From the NCBI GenBank assembly GCA_037444125.1, contig JBBINA010000001.1:13961-77960 (forward strand): a DNA stretch of 64,000 nt. The letters are read 5' to 3'. Positions within the stretch are counted from its first letter, which is position 1. Every line of letters begins with the position of its first letter. Positions 10,878 through 22,038 of this stretch are shown here, in pieces. This DNA is from a bacterium (GTDB taxonomy: Bacteria; Patescibacteriota; Minisyncoccia; JBBINA01). The position numbers and the translations under genes are program-made. The notes under the pieces were generated by a model that was not told where the DNA came from, did not search any database, and saw only the letters and a program-made list of their open reading frames with translations.

Positions 10878-11789
10878 TTGACAAATAATAAAAATTTCTT
10901 ATTATTTGATTGGCAATTAGCTAGTTCTTTTATAAGAGAGGTGGCGTCAGTGTCGAGAATTAATCTAATTAATCCGCAAGAGTACGATTTTGTCGTGTCG
11001 CGATTAAGGGATTTTTTTAGGCGAAAGAATTTCGTTGAGGTGCCAGTTCAGCATCGTTTAAGCATTTTGGCGGCCTGTGAAGATCCAAGAACTATAGCTA
11101 CTTTTAATTACGCTGGCGCTTTATGGCCATTGCCGCAAACTGGTCAGATGTGGCTTGAATATGAGTTGCTTACAAAACCTGAGGCACGTGGTTATTATTG
11201 TATAAGTACAAGTTTTCGTAACGAGCCGGATCCAATTCCCGGTAGACATGATCTTGTTTTCCCGATGTTTGAATTTGAAACGCATGGCGATATGGAGAAA
11301 TTGATTGCTTTAGAAATAGAGCTTTTGGAGTTTTTAGGATTTGGCAATAAAGGAGATTTTGTTATAAAGGAGTATCAAGAAATTGCTCAAAGATATGGAG
11401 TTGAAGAGCTTGACTCTTCCCATGAAGAGAGGTTATTGGAAGATTTTGGGGCAGTTGTTTTTATAAAGAATTTTCCCGAAATTACTTCGCCCTTTTGGAA
11501 TATGAAAAGAAACAAAAACGGTTCATCTTGTAAAGTTGATGTGGTTCTTTATGGTATCGAGACAATTGGTTCAGCCGAAAGAAGCTGTGATGTTACGGTT
11601 ATGCACGAAAGATTTCATAATATTAGCAATGGAATATACGCGGAACTTCTTTTTGCGCAGTTTACGAGAGAAAGGGTTTTGGAAGAGTTAGAAAATTTTC
11701 TCAGGTTAAAATTTATTACTCGATCTGGCGGTGGAATAGGTATAACACGTTTAATCAGAGCTCTAAAACTTCACGGCATATTAAAATAA
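10878..11789 (+). CDS. class IIb aaRS catalytic-domain-only protein (AsnRS/AspRS paralogue, asparagine synthetase A-like); true start probably the GTG near 10950
   Basis: motif 2 FRNEP...RH...F.MFEFE, motif 3 GGGIGITRL, no anticodon-binding domain; SD-like GAGAGGTG before the internal GTG. Confidence 0.75.
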   Translation: MTNNKNFLLFDWQLASSFIREVASVSRINLINPQEYDFVVSRLRDFFRRKNFVEVPVQHRLSILAACEDPRTIATFNYAGALWPLPQTGQMWLEYELLTKPEARGYYCISTSFRNEPDPIPGRHDLVFPMFEFETHGDMEKLIALEIELLEFLGFGNKGDFVIKEYQEIAQRYGVEELDSSHEERLLEDFGAVVFIKNFPEITSPFWNMKRNKNGSSCKVDVVLYGIETIGSAERSCDVTVMHERFHNISNGIYAELLFAQFTRERVLEELENFLRLKFITRSGGGIGITRLIRALKLHGILK

Positions 11790-11797
11790 TGTTGGGG

Positions 11798-11823
11798 AGG
11801 CTAGGCTATGCCTAGCCTTTTTT
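11798..11823 (+). terminator. intrinsic terminator
   Basis: AGGCTAGGC-TAT-GCCTAGCCT plus T run. Confidence 0.8.
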
Positions 11824-11903
11824 GTCTTCGAAAATTTTTATTTTTAGGATGGTTTGCTAAAAAAGTTTATTTTTGTTATGATTTTTAGTATTATTAATTT
11901 ACT

Positions 11904-13358
11904 ATGAAGAAAAGGCTTTTTATTTCAACGGCAATTCCTTATGTTAATGCAGCGCCGCATATTGGTTTTGCTTTGGAGATCGTGCAGACAGATGTATTAG
12001 CGCGCTATTATAGAAAAAGAAATTATGAGGTCTTTTTTTTAACAGGCACTGATGAAAATAGTTTGACAAATGTTCGTGCAGCCGAAAAAGAGAAAATAAG
12101 TGTTAAAGAACTAGTTGATCGCAATGCAAAAAAATTTTTGGAACTTAAGGAATTTCTTAATCTTTCATTTGATGATTTTATTAGGACTACCGAAAGTCGG
12201 CATATTAAAGGCGCTCAAAAACTTTGGTTGGCTTGCAAGAAAGATATTTATAAAAAGAAATATCGAGGTTTATATTGTATTGGTTGTGAAAGTTTTTATA
12301 GTGAACGCGAATTGATAGAAGGTTTATGTCCTGAACACAAAATTAAACCAGAAATCATTGAAGAAGAAAATTATTTCTTTAAATTAGCTAACTATGAAGT
12401 TCAGCTTAAGAAGATAATTGAATCAGACGAACTTAAAATTATTCCTCAAATCAGAAAAAATGAGGTTTTGAGTTTTATTAATTCCGGTTTGCAAGATTTT
12501 TGTATTTCTCGTTCTAAAACCCGCGCTAAAAACTGGGGTATTGAAGTGCCGGGCGACTCAGGGCAAGTTATATGGGTTTGGTTTGATGCCTTGAGTAATT
12601 ACATTAATGCACTTGGTTATGCTGACGACGAGACGAAATTTAATAAATGGTGGCAGGATAATTCTAAAAAGATTCATATGATTGGTAAAGGCATTGTTCG
12701 ATTTCATGCCATTTATTGGGCGGCTATGCTTTTATCAGCTAAACTTTCATTACCATCAACGATTTTTGTTCATGGTTATGTGACTCGTGAGGGTTTAAAA
12801 ATGTCAAAAACCATCGGCAATATAGTTGATCCTTTTGAATTAGCCAGAAAATTCAGTTCGGACCCGCTTCGTTATTATCTTTTGCGTGAAATTCCAGCTT
12901 ATCAGGATGGAGATTATTCAGAGAGAAGGTTCCGCGAAATATATAAATCAGAATTACAAAATGCGTTGGGCAATCTTGTTCAGAGAGTAAGTGTTTTGGC
13001 AATTAAAAATAATGTTAAGAAATTAAATAATGTCAGCGTACGTTTTTTGATGAAACAAAAAGAAGTGGCTAGCCGTATTCAAGAGTTACTTGAAGAGATA
13101 AAATTTAACGAAGCTGTTCAAGAAATATTAAGACTAGTTGAAATAGCAAATTTTTATATTGAACAAGAAAAACCATGGTCAAAAAATAAAAAAACTAATC
13201 AAGTAATTTTGAGCAATTTGCTGTTTTTAATTAACGAAATAAACGATCAATTAAGTGTCTTTTTGCCTGAGACTTATAAAAGAATTAGGGAGCGCATTTT
13301 TGTTAAAAATAAAAGAGTGATAGTTACAGTTAAAGAACCGTTGTTTAGGGCAATATAA
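11904..13358 (+). CDS. metG: methionine--tRNA ligase
   Basis: PYVNAAPHIG, GTDE, WVWFDAL, KMSKT. Confidence 0.96.
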   Translation: MKKRLFISTAIPYVNAAPHIGFALEIVQTDVLARYYRKRNYEVFFLTGTDENSLTNVRAAEKEKISVKELVDRNAKKFLELKEFLNLSFDDFIRTTESRHIKGAQKLWLACKKDIYKKKYRGLYCIGCESFYSERELIEGLCPEHKIKPEIIEEENYFFKLANYEVQLKKIIESDELKIIPQIRKNEVLSFINSGLQDFCISRSKTRAKNWGIEVPGDSGQVIWVWFDALSNYINALGYADDETKFNKWWQDNSKKIHMIGKGIVRFHAIYWAAMLLSAKLSLPSTIFVHGYVTREGLKMSKTIGNIVDPFELARKFSSDPLRYYLLREIPAYQDGDYSERRFREIYKSELQNALGNLVQRVSVLAIKNNVKKLNNVSVRFLMKQKEVASRIQELLEEIKFNEAVQEILRLVEIANFYIEQEKPWSKNKKTNQVILSNLLFLINEINDQLSVFLPETYKRIRERIFVKNKRVIVTVKEPLFRAI

Positions 13359-13396
13359 AAAGCCTCATAACTATAACTAATTTTATGAAGCTGCAG

Positions 13397-13751
13397 TCAC
13401 TGTTTGTTTGGTTTTTGTGCTAGCTTTAGGATAAGACATTTGATTGTTTTGGGTTTGGTACCGATTGGCCAGAAAAATTGAGCTACATCGGTATGTTTTA
13501 TTTTTGATTTATGCCAACATTTAAATGAAATAGTTACGCCAAAACTAAACTTTATTTTACCGTCGGTTAGTCTTGCTATGACAGTAATGTCTTTAACATT
13601 TTGATCTTCGTGAGAATTTGCTGCATGGCGGATAAATTTCGTTAGATTTTTTTCATTTGGATCAAATTTTTTCAACGCTATCTTCAAGGAATTGACATGC
13701 GTTTCGTGCGTCTAATGGAGAATTCGTTGGGCTTGCGTTTGTTTTTACCAT
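13397..13751 (-). pseudogene. hypothetical gene frameshifted in an A run
   Basis: AAGGAGG SD plus ATG at 13751 reads MVKTNASP...; frame shifts at the A run (minus strand) near 13670 into ORF 13397-13687. Confidence 0.5.
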
Positions 13752-13775
13752 ATTTATTATTTATGTATGCCTCCT

Positions 13776-14269
13776 TTAGAGCGGAAGTTCTAATTGAATT
13801 TCATCTTTAATGGGTATACCGTGATAGCCAATATGGGGAATTTGGGGCTTGAGTTTGCGCGATTCTTTTATGGCATCGGGGTATATTTGTGTTATTCTGA
13901 AGCCGCGTTTTGAAAGAATTGCAAGGCATTTAGATTATCATTAGTGGTTATTAGCCATATTTTGTCTAATTTTCTTTGACGGGCCATTTCGATGATTTTT
14001 TCCAAAACAATACTGCCAAATCCGATATTTTGGATATCACTATTGAGCGTAACTATTTCACAATGTTTATTTTTATTTGGTATGTTAGTACGGCGAGAAC
14101 CTGTTTTGTAAGAGCTTCGAATAATATTAAATTAGGAATTTCTAAAGCGTTAATTATTTTTTTGGCGCCTAACTATTAGAGACGTTTCTCAGTGTTTGGA
14201 AATAAATTTAGCTAATCATTCAGAGTCACCAGCAACTTTGTGGTGGATTAGAACATATTGCGATTTCAT
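13776..14269 (-). pseudogene. GNAT acetyltransferase pseudogene
   Basis: hand translation gives EIVTLNS..GFGSIVLEKIIEMARQRKLDKIWLITTNDNLNALQFFQ/RGFRI..IYPDAIKESRKLKPQIPHIGYHGIPIKDEIQLELPL; in-frame TGA at 14216-18 and 14189-91 plus frameshifts. Confidence 0.8.
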
Positions 14270-14381
14270 ATTTCACCCCTTATGTTATTATTATAGTGTG
14301 CGGTTATTTTTAAAAATCAAGTTTCACAAATAAAAAATAAAGGAGTTGTAAATTAAATTTAGACATTTACAATAAATTTAA

Positions 14382-15948
14382 ATGATAAATATTGGAAAAT
14401 TTTACCAGAGATTTTTGGGGGCATTTTTTGCATTGGTATTGATATATCTGCCTTTAAAAAAATATTAATCATCAGTGCAAATTTAAATGAACACTCTGCC
14501 GAAGCGGCTGTTGTTACTCAAAGAACGGGGTATTGCTTATGATATTTTTTGATGCTCGTTTAAATCAGCTTAGTTCAAGTATCTTGGGTACCAGTGCGCC
14601 TAGATATGACGGTATTATTTTAACGGAAGGCAATTTGGCTTATGAAGAGAACGGGCAGTTTAAGAGCGTCTTTGATGATAATGAATGGAATATTTTGTAT
14701 ACATTTGAAAACCAGTTTAGAATTAGGGAGCTAGTTATGTATACTTTTCCTACTAGTCGTTATGGCTTGGAGTTTGTTGAGACAAGGCCGGCAGGTATAT
14801 TAGCTCGACTTACGACTTCTGGTAAAGGAATATTGCCCTATGTTCCTGTAGCGGCTTCTTTAGCGATTGAAACTTATGGTTATTTAGCGAGACCTCTTGC
14901 TGGTAATACGCCATTAATAACCGATACTGACGGCCGAATAGCTGTTTCATTATATACAAACGGCAACAGAGAATTTTTAGTTTCTACTTTTGATAACAGC
15001 GTTAATCATCTTCACACTTTATTGTTTATTGACTGATTTTTAAACTGGTTGTTGAAAGGTGATTACTCCATACCTTCAGAGAATTATTTGACTGTTCATA
15101 TAGATGATATATTTATTCCTAACTCAAGTTATTCAGATCCTTCTAGAGATGTTATAATGACAAAAGAAGATTTTATTTATTTTGCCAATTGGGCTCGAGT
15201 GCGGAATTTTAGGCCAAGCCTTTTATTCAATGGTTATGGAGAAAACACGATAGAAGGAAAGACGCTTATTGATACGGTGATGAGTAGTGGAATAGCCTTC
15301 CTTTTTGAATGGATTAATCACACTTACGAACATATTAATTTAGATAATGCTTCGTTTGAGATAATTTATAATGAAATCTATAGAAATTTATCTTTCGCCT
15401 CACGTTACAAATTAACAGGTTTTGACCGTTTTGTTTTAGTCACGGGTGAACATTCGGGATTGAACAATCCTCAGCTTATTGCTGCGGCGCGGAGATTCCG
15501 CATTATAAATATAGGAGATGACGCCTCGGTGAATTTATCATCAAGATCTCTTTAGGGCATAATAACTGTACCGCGTTACCCAACAAATATTTTTGCGACT
15601 ACAGGCACGAGGCATGAGCTAGTAACTGCTTATAATACAATATATGGCACTAATTTAACTTATCCTGAAATACTTGACCGAGAGGCAAGGATTATTATAC
15701 GCCATATTTTACGGAGAGATCCGCGACCTCACTTTTTTCATCAAATCAATTTAGCACAAGATAGAATTATGATTGATTTATTAAACCTGGTTATTGAGAA
15801 GTACTCGTCATTAGATTCAAGACCATTAAAGCAATTGCGGATGAGGGAAATAGGTAAGTTATTTGGCCAAGTTACAATTTTACCTCCTTTAGTTGTAAAC
15901 AAATTGATTGGTATAACAAGGCATTTTGATGCTGATATAATGAAATAA
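14382..15948 (+). pseudogene. Agd3-like (CE18) alpha-1,4-GalNAc polysaccharide deacetylase, disrupted
   Basis: ORFs 14533-15036, 15049-15555 and the frame to 15948 are all in one frame, broken by TGA 15034 and TAG 15553; motifs HIDDIF, WINHTYEH, LVTGEHSGL, VPRYPTNIF, PRPHFFHQ. Confidence 0.72.
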
Positions 15949-15974
15949 ATAAAAGCCTCCTAAGTTATATTGGT

Positions 15975-17452
15975 ATGTCAAAAACTATTTCAATTATAAC
16001 GGAGGGGACTTTTCCTTATGTAACTGGAGGGTTAGGGAGATGGTGTAGTGATCTTGTTTCAGGACTGGTTAATTTTAAATTCAATATTTATGCTTTTACA
16101 GCTACGCGTTATCACGTTTTTCAGTATCCTATAACTAACAATATTGAGGAAATTGTAACTGTTCCCTTGTGGGACGATAATCGTTTTCAGCATTTTTATT
16201 ACAGGAGAAAAATTAAAAAAAAAGACTTCCAGGGAAATTAATTCCCAAAGAAAGTCATATGAAGGAGAGTTTAATTGATCCCCTTTTTAGTCTTATTGGT
16301 CCTCCATATACAACTGAAATAGATATTGATTTTTTTAGAGATATATTAGTTAAACTTCGTGATTTTTTTGATAGCTATGATTATTTTGCGAGTTTTAGTT
16401 CAGGAGTATTATAGGAAGCAGCGCAAGAATTTCTCAATAGTGATGCCTTGATAGATGTTGTTTCTTGTAAGCCAAGCCTTTTTGATTTAAGGCAATTTTT
16501 GGTTATATTGAGCCTTTTTTTATATCCACTTTCTTTTGAGACGGAGTTTAAAACCGATATTTTTCACTCGAGCGTAGCTAGCTCTTTTGGTTTGTTAGGT
16601 GTTATCAACAAGATTATTTATGGAAAACCATTTGTTTTATCCGAACATGGTGTCTATCTTCGTGAGCAATATTATTTTATTAAGCAATCTCGAGTTTTAA
16701 CAAAATTTTTAAAAAAATTTTTACGCTTACTTATATACCGTTTTGTAATTTTGAATTACAATTTTGCTGATAAAATTATTCCGGTGTGTCTCTTTAATAA
16801 ACGTTGGGAACAATATTTGGGAGCAAAAGATGATAAATTGCAGGTTATCTATAATGGTATAAACGATAGCAGTGAGTTTGAATTTTTAAAACAAGAGTAT
16901 GTTAAAGAAAAAACAAGCTTTAATGATATTATATTAGTTGGCGCTTTTTATCCTTTTAAAGACATTGAAACAGCTATTAGGGCCGTAGCTATTGTTAAAA
17001 AACAGGTTCCTAATATTCGTCTCTATATTTTCGGACCAATAAAAGATAAAGACTATTTTTCTTATTGTTTAAGATTAATTAAAAATTTAAGTCTTAAAAA
17101 TAATGTTATTTACCGTGGAGTAGTGAAAGACCTACAAAATTATTTCAAGGTAGGAGGCGTTTTTTTGTCGACAAGCGTTTCAGAAGGCTTTCCTTACTCG
17201 ATTCTGGAAGCTATGTTGTATAAACAGGCAATTGTAAGCACATCTGCAGGTGGTATCCCCGAATTATTAGGTGACTGCGGTCTTTATGTTGAAATGAAAA
17301 ATCCAAACTCTGTCGCCAAAGCATGTCTTAAGCTATTACATAATCAAAGTCTTCGTATTGAATTAGGTTGGCGTGCCCACCAAAGGGCTGTAGAGCGGTT
17401 TTCTTTAAGTAGAATGCTTAAATCTTATGAGTATTTGTATAATTCGCTATGA
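15975..17452 (+). pseudogene. pelF: PelF-like GT4 glycosyltransferase (DUF3492 N-terminus), disrupted
   Basis: EGTFPYVTGG, SEHGVYLRE, SEGFPYSILEAM; frameshift at A9 16215-16223 and in-frame TAG 16412-16414. Confidence 0.8.
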
Positions 17453-18906
17453 GAAAGATTTTAAATTTTAACAATATAAAGTTATCCGAGAAAAAACTTA
17501 TTGCTCCATATATATTAGACACGGCAGTTAATCTTGAGTTTGCAGGTTACAATGATCAGCAGATAAAAAAGGAATTCGGGTTTTCCAATGTTTTTGAATT
17601 AAGCTATTTTATTCATCAGTATAGGCTTTGCCCTAAACCTTTTTTGGTAAAATCGAATAAATGGCAAGATAAGTTTTTAGCTAGTGATTCGATTAGGTTA
17701 AAAATATTTGAGTGGTTTTATTTTGGTCTAGCTAATTCTTTACTAGCCTTGGTTATTTTTTTTACTCTTTGGTTTACTGAATCAGGACATATTTTAAAAC
17801 CGATTGAAGGTTTAATAATTGTATTGTTGAGTCACATTTTTGCTTCTAGTTGGGCGAGAATACTGATTGTTAAGTTTTCATTTTATAACGATAGACCAAT
17901 AGCTGGTTATGGCGAGAAGACAATTAATCAGTATTATCTTAGGGGCCTATTTGGGATTATAACGGCAGGCATTATTTTGTTTTTTTTGTTTAGCAGAGAT
18001 AATATTTTTACCCTCGTTTTTATAGACATATCTTTATTTTGGCTTAATATAGGATATTTTGTTGCGTTTCGTCAGTTACCAATTTATTTAATAACCTTAG
18101 GTAGTATCTTGTTTCTTGGCAGTATCTATGATCCTTTTGTGCTATTTGGTGTTTTTAATGGCGTTATGATTTTTTATATTTGGCTCAAATATTTAATTAA
18201 CTTGGCGCGTGAACCATTTTCAGTTTATTCCAATTCATTTAGTAATAATTCATTGAATTTATTTTCTTTATTTTTTTTTGCTATTAATTATGGTTTCTTG
18301 CTGTTGATTGATGTCATTGTTTTGTTTTTCTATGGCCAGTTTGATACATATGATATTTTTATTCATCAGTATCTTGCCCATAAGTATTTTGGTATATTTC
18401 CTTTACTTTTGTCGGCGGGTCTTATTGAGGCATTTGGTGTTTATTTTTTTAGCAAGATTATTCGTTTGGAGCGAGTCATAAAAGAAAGCACAGTTATGTT
18501 CAATGAAATAATAAAAAACTATATCCAGACTATTAGCATTTTTTCAATGCTGCACTTTGGTGTAACGATATTAGTATCCTTCATTATTCCATTAAGCAAT
18601 GGTTATTTTAAAGAAGTTTATATTAGTTCAACTATTGGTGTTATGTTTTTGCTTTTGAGTTTGTTTAATTTGAACATTCTTCATTATTTGGGATGGCGTA
18701 AAGATTTGTGGTTTGGTATAGTTAGTTTATTTGTGGGATATGTTTATGGCAGTTTAATGTTTTATAATGTTGCCGCATACGCTGTTGTTTATGGTTTTTT
18801 GATGGCCGGGATTGTCTTTTTTGTCACAACAATGGCTTTGTTGTTGAAAAAAGCTTTACGGTATAGCTACTTAGTTTATTTAACTTCTGTATTGCCAAAG
18901 TTATAA
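17449..18906 (+). CDS. polytopic membrane protein, PelG-like polysaccharide exporter candidate
   Basis: about 12 hydrophobic segments; overlaps the pelF-like stop; position in cluster. Confidence 0.6.
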   Translation: MRKILNFNNIKLSEKKLIAPYILDTAVNLEFAGYNDQQIKKEFGFSNVFELSYFIHQYRLCPKPFLVKSNKWQDKFLASDSIRLKIFEWFYFGLANSLLALVIFFTLWFTESGHILKPIEGLIIVLLSHIFASSWARILIVKFSFYNDRPIAGYGEKTINQYYLRGLFGIITAGIILFFLFSRDNIFTLVFIDISLFWLNIGYFVAFRQLPIYLITLGSILFLGSIYDPFVLFGVFNGVMIFYIWLKYLINLAREPFSVYSNSFSNNSLNLFSLFFFAINYGFLLLIDVIVLFFYGQFDTYDIFIHQYLAHKYFGIFPLLLSAGLIEAFGVYFFSKIIRLERVIKESTVMFNEIIKNYIQTISIFSMLHFGVTILVSFIIPLSNGYFKEVYISSTIGVMFLLLSLFNLNILHYLGWRKDLWFGIVSLFVGYVYGSLMFYNVAAYAVVYGFLMAGIVFFVTTMALLLKKALRYSYLVYLTSVLPKL

Positions 18907-20111
18907 TGAGGGCTTTTTTATTTATATTAATGATAGTAATGATATTGGTTGGTGTAGCGGTTGGTGATGCTTTTTTAAGTGCAGCGGCTATTTTTGAAAG
19001 GCCGATTCTTCGAGGGCCAAGCAACGGCAAATTAATAAACGAAACTCCTATTATATTTACCTGGTCTAAAATTAAAAACGAGCCTAGATACCAAATTGAT
19101 ATTTCTCTTTCAGCCGATTTTAATAAGATAATAATTACAGAAACAGTTATTGGAAATACTTATACGCTTAGGTTTTTAGATAATGATGGTATATATTATT
19201 GGCGAGTTAAATTAGCAGGGTTAATGTTTTTTTTAGCTCCATGGTCAGAAGTTTATAAATTTACTTATAAAAAAAAATTAAAAGATCAGGTTTTAACTGA
19301 ATTAAGCCAGTCTGAATTTAAACAGCCAATTTTTCGGTTTAGAAACTGGGTATCTTATTATGGCAGCAATAAAATCGAGGAATTAAAAAAGTTCGAGCTT
19401 GTTGTTATTGATGCAGATAAAGATATAGGAAATTATACTGACGAGGAGTTGCGTCAACTCAGAGATTCTGGGTCATTAGTAGTGAGTTATTTAAATATTG
19501 GTTCATGTGAAACCTTTCGTACTTATTGGTATTTGTGTCAAAAGTTTAAACTTAAGCCATATAAAGGGTATTCAGATGAATATTGGATGGATGTGACTAA
19601 TATTGACTATCAAAATTTTATAGTCAATATTTTAGCTAAAAACCTTGTTTCGCAGGGCATAAACGGTTTGTATTTGGATAACATTGATATATATCAGGAA
19701 AGTTTTAACGGAAGGACAATAGCAGAAATCAAGGCAGGATTAGCTAATATTATTGTTGCCTTAAGGAGAACATATCCTGATTTGCTTCTTATTGCTCAAA
19801 ACGGCGTCTACGCTTCTTATGATGATATTTTATATTTTAGTTCAACAATTACTGATTCAAAACCACTTTATACTTTTATTGATGGTGAGTCTCACGAGGA
19901 AGTTTTTACTAATACTAGCGAAACTCAGTCTATAGTAAGTATGCTACAAGATCTTAAGAGCAAAGGTTTGTTTATTTTAAACCTTGAGTATTTGGAAGAC
20001 CTTCAAGATATTGATAGAATAAGAGATATTTATAACCGCTCTATCCAAAACGGGTTTTTGCCATATATTTCAGATGTAAAGCTTGACAAAATTTACCTTT
20101 GGAATTTTTAA
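18906..20111 (+). CDS. secreted GH114/PelA-hydrolase-like endo-alpha-1,4-polygalactosaminidase with N-terminal FN3-like domain
   Basis: signal peptide, YYWRV, VVSYLNIGSCETFRTYW, GLYLDNID, LIAQNG. Confidence 0.8.
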   Translation: MRAFLFILMIVMILVGVAVGDAFLSAAAIFERPILRGPSNGKLINETPIIFTWSKIKNEPRYQIDISLSADFNKIIITETVIGNTYTLRFLDNDGIYYWRVKLAGLMFFLAPWSEVYKFTYKKKLKDQVLTELSQSEFKQPIFRFRNWVSYYGSNKIEELKKFELVVIDADKDIGNYTDEELRQLRDSGSLVVSYLNIGSCETFRTYWYLCQKFKLKPYKGYSDEYWMDVTNIDYQNFIVNILAKNLVSQGINGLYLDNIDIYQESFNGRTIAEIKAGLANIIVALRRTYPDLLLIAQNGVYASYDDILYFSSTITDSKPLYTFIDGESHEEVFTNTSETQSIVSMLQDLKSKGLFILNLEYLEDLQDIDRIRDIYNRSIQNGFLPYISDVKLDKIYLWNF

Positions 20112-20139
20112 GCTACCTTTTGCAATATTTAAATAATAA

Positions 20140-20170
20140 AAAGGAGGTAGATCGTCGCCTCCTTATTTTA
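20140..20170. terminator. bidirectional terminator
   Basis: AAGGAGG..CCTCCTT stem flanked by A and T runs between convergent genes. Confidence 0.6.
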
Positions 20171-20262
20171 ATGTCATTAACTGTTTTTATTGAATTTATT
20201 AAATAGTAATAACTGCAAATAGTTGAAAACAACAGCAAGTAAGGAAACAACCACTAGTGCCA

Positions 20263-20517
20263 TTAGAGCATGAGTTTGAGCATTATTAAGAGGAGTAGTA
20301 TTGGAATAATTAATAGTTTAGCTAGTATCAAGCCGCGAGTGACACCAAATCGCTTCATAAATATTTTGGCTATTGGATTGCTTTTGTACTCAATATTACC
20401 AGTTTTCCTAAAGAATAAAATGGTGCTGTGAAAATCAAGAACATTCAATATAAGATAATAAATGATTAAAAGCAGTTGGGGCGAAATTCCCCTGGCGTCG
20501 CCAACTAGTATAGACAA
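20263..20517 (-). CDS. small membrane protein, DUF5658-like (5' end appears degraded)
   Basis: LNVLDFHST...E..NPIA pattern with three hydrophobic helices. Confidence 0.5.
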   Translation of the reverse strand: MSILVGDARGISPQLLLIIYYLILNVLDFHSTILFFRKTGNIEYKSNPIAKIFMKRFGVTRGLILAKLLIIPILLLLIMLKLML

Positions 20518-20724
20518 GGTCGTGAAGACTATTATGAAACTATTATGGTAGCGTCGACCATAATAATAATAATAACGACTTTCTTATATTTGATCACCCC
20601 TTTTTATTTTCTAGAGACAGCGCTTCTGATTGATATTATAAATAAAGTATTTGTCAATAACCAAGTAACTTGCAATAATTTTTAGAAGCTATAAAATAAC
20701 AGATAAAATAAAATATCTTTTTAT

Positions 20725-22026
20725 ATGAAGTTTATCTGCGATTTTGAGATTCATTCGCGGTATTCCCGTGCCTGTAGTAAAAATATTAGTCTTGAGGAAA
20801 TAGCTCGTTGGGCTCAGATTAAAGGCATTAAACTTGTTGGCACAGGTGATTTTACGCACCCTTTTTGGTTCAAAGAAATAAAAGAAAAATTGGAGGAAAA
20901 AGAGCGCGGTTTTTTTAGCTTAAAGGAGCAATATATAAAGCTAGCTAATAAAAATAAAGATATTCCCATCGCGATTAAAAAAGACGCTGTGCGGTTTTTA
21001 TTAAGCGCGGAAGTTAATTGTATTTATCATAAGAATCAAAAGTTGCGCAAGGTTCATCATATTATTCTTGCGCCTGATCTTGCAACAGTAGAGAAAATAA
21101 ACGAGTCGTTATCTTGGTATGGCAAATTGGCTAGCGATGGACGACCAATAATTACCCTTAGCTCAAAAGAGCTTTTGAAGAAGCTTTTGGATATAAATGT
21201 CCAGATCTTACTTATCCCGGCGCATTGTTGGACGCCTTGGTTTGGTATTTTTGGTTCGAAGTCCGGTTATGATTCGCTTGAAGAATGCTTTGACGAGTTG
21301 ACTAAATATGTTTATGCGATTGAAACAGGTCTTTCTTCTGACCCTGAGATGAATTGGCGCATTCCTTGGCTTAAGGATGTAGCTATTTTATCAAGCTCTG
21401 ATGCTCATTCTTGCCCAAAGATAGGCCGTGAGGCAACTTGTTTTGATACTGAATTTAGTTATAATGGATTATACGAAGCTATTAAAACAAATAGTTCCTC
21501 AAAAATCGCCTATACGATTGAATTTTTTCCCGAAGAAGGTAAGTATCATTATGATGGACATCGTCATTGCAATATTTCATTGTCTCCCCTAGAAAGTGAA
21601 AAATATGGTGGTATTTGTCCTCATTGCAGTTTACCGTTTACTTTGGGCGTGCTGAATCGTGTGTATAAATTAGGTAAACAGGGGATAATTGAAAAGCCAA
21701 TGAATAGACCGCCATTTTATAAAATAGTTCCGTTAGAAGAAGTACTCTCTGAGGTGTTTGGTTTGCCAGTCGGCTCGAAGACTTTACGGATTAAATATTT
21801 TGAAACTGTGGGGGCGTTGGGTGAAGAATTTAAGATATTACTAGAACTTGATTTTCATGAGATTCAGCAACTAAATGAAAGATTGGCTGAAGCTGTAACT
21901 AAAATAAGAAAGGGTGAAATCGTTATTAAACCAGGCTATGATGGCGTTTTTGGAGTAGTGAGAGTGTTTCCTGAAAGTCAATATGTTGCTGAAGAGGAAA
22001 ATATTTTTCAGGAGCCACTTCTTTAA
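20725..22026 (+). CDS. endonuclease Q family PHP-domain protein
   Basis: IHSRYSRA, GTGDFTHP, IPAHCWTP, IETGLSSD, SDAHS, GKYHYDGHR, PGYDGVFG. Confidence 0.88.
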   Translation: MKFICDFEIHSRYSRACSKNISLEEIARWAQIKGIKLVGTGDFTHPFWFKEIKEKLEEKERGFFSLKEQYIKLANKNKDIPIAIKKDAVRFLLSAEVNCIYHKNQKLRKVHHIILAPDLATVEKINESLSWYGKLASDGRPIITLSSKELLKKLLDINVQILLIPAHCWTPWFGIFGSKSGYDSLEECFDELTKYVYAIETGLSSDPEMNWRIPWLKDVAILSSSDAHSCPKIGREATCFDTEFSYNGLYEAIKTNSSSKIAYTIEFFPEEGKYHYDGHRHCNISLSPLESEKYGGICPHCSLPFTLGVLNRVYKLGKQGIIEKPMNRPPFYKIVPLEEVLSEVFGLPVGSKTLRIKYFETVGALGEEFKILLELDFHEIQQLNERLAEAVTKIRKGEIVIKPGYDGVFGVVRVFPESQYVAEEENIFQEPLL

Positions 22027-22038
22027 TGTTTTGAGAAA

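Noticed and set aside
14189-15555. Stop-codon reassignment (TGA as Gly or Trp)
   Set aside because: TGA ends intact genes such as dnaK; broken genes also contain TAG stops and frameshifts
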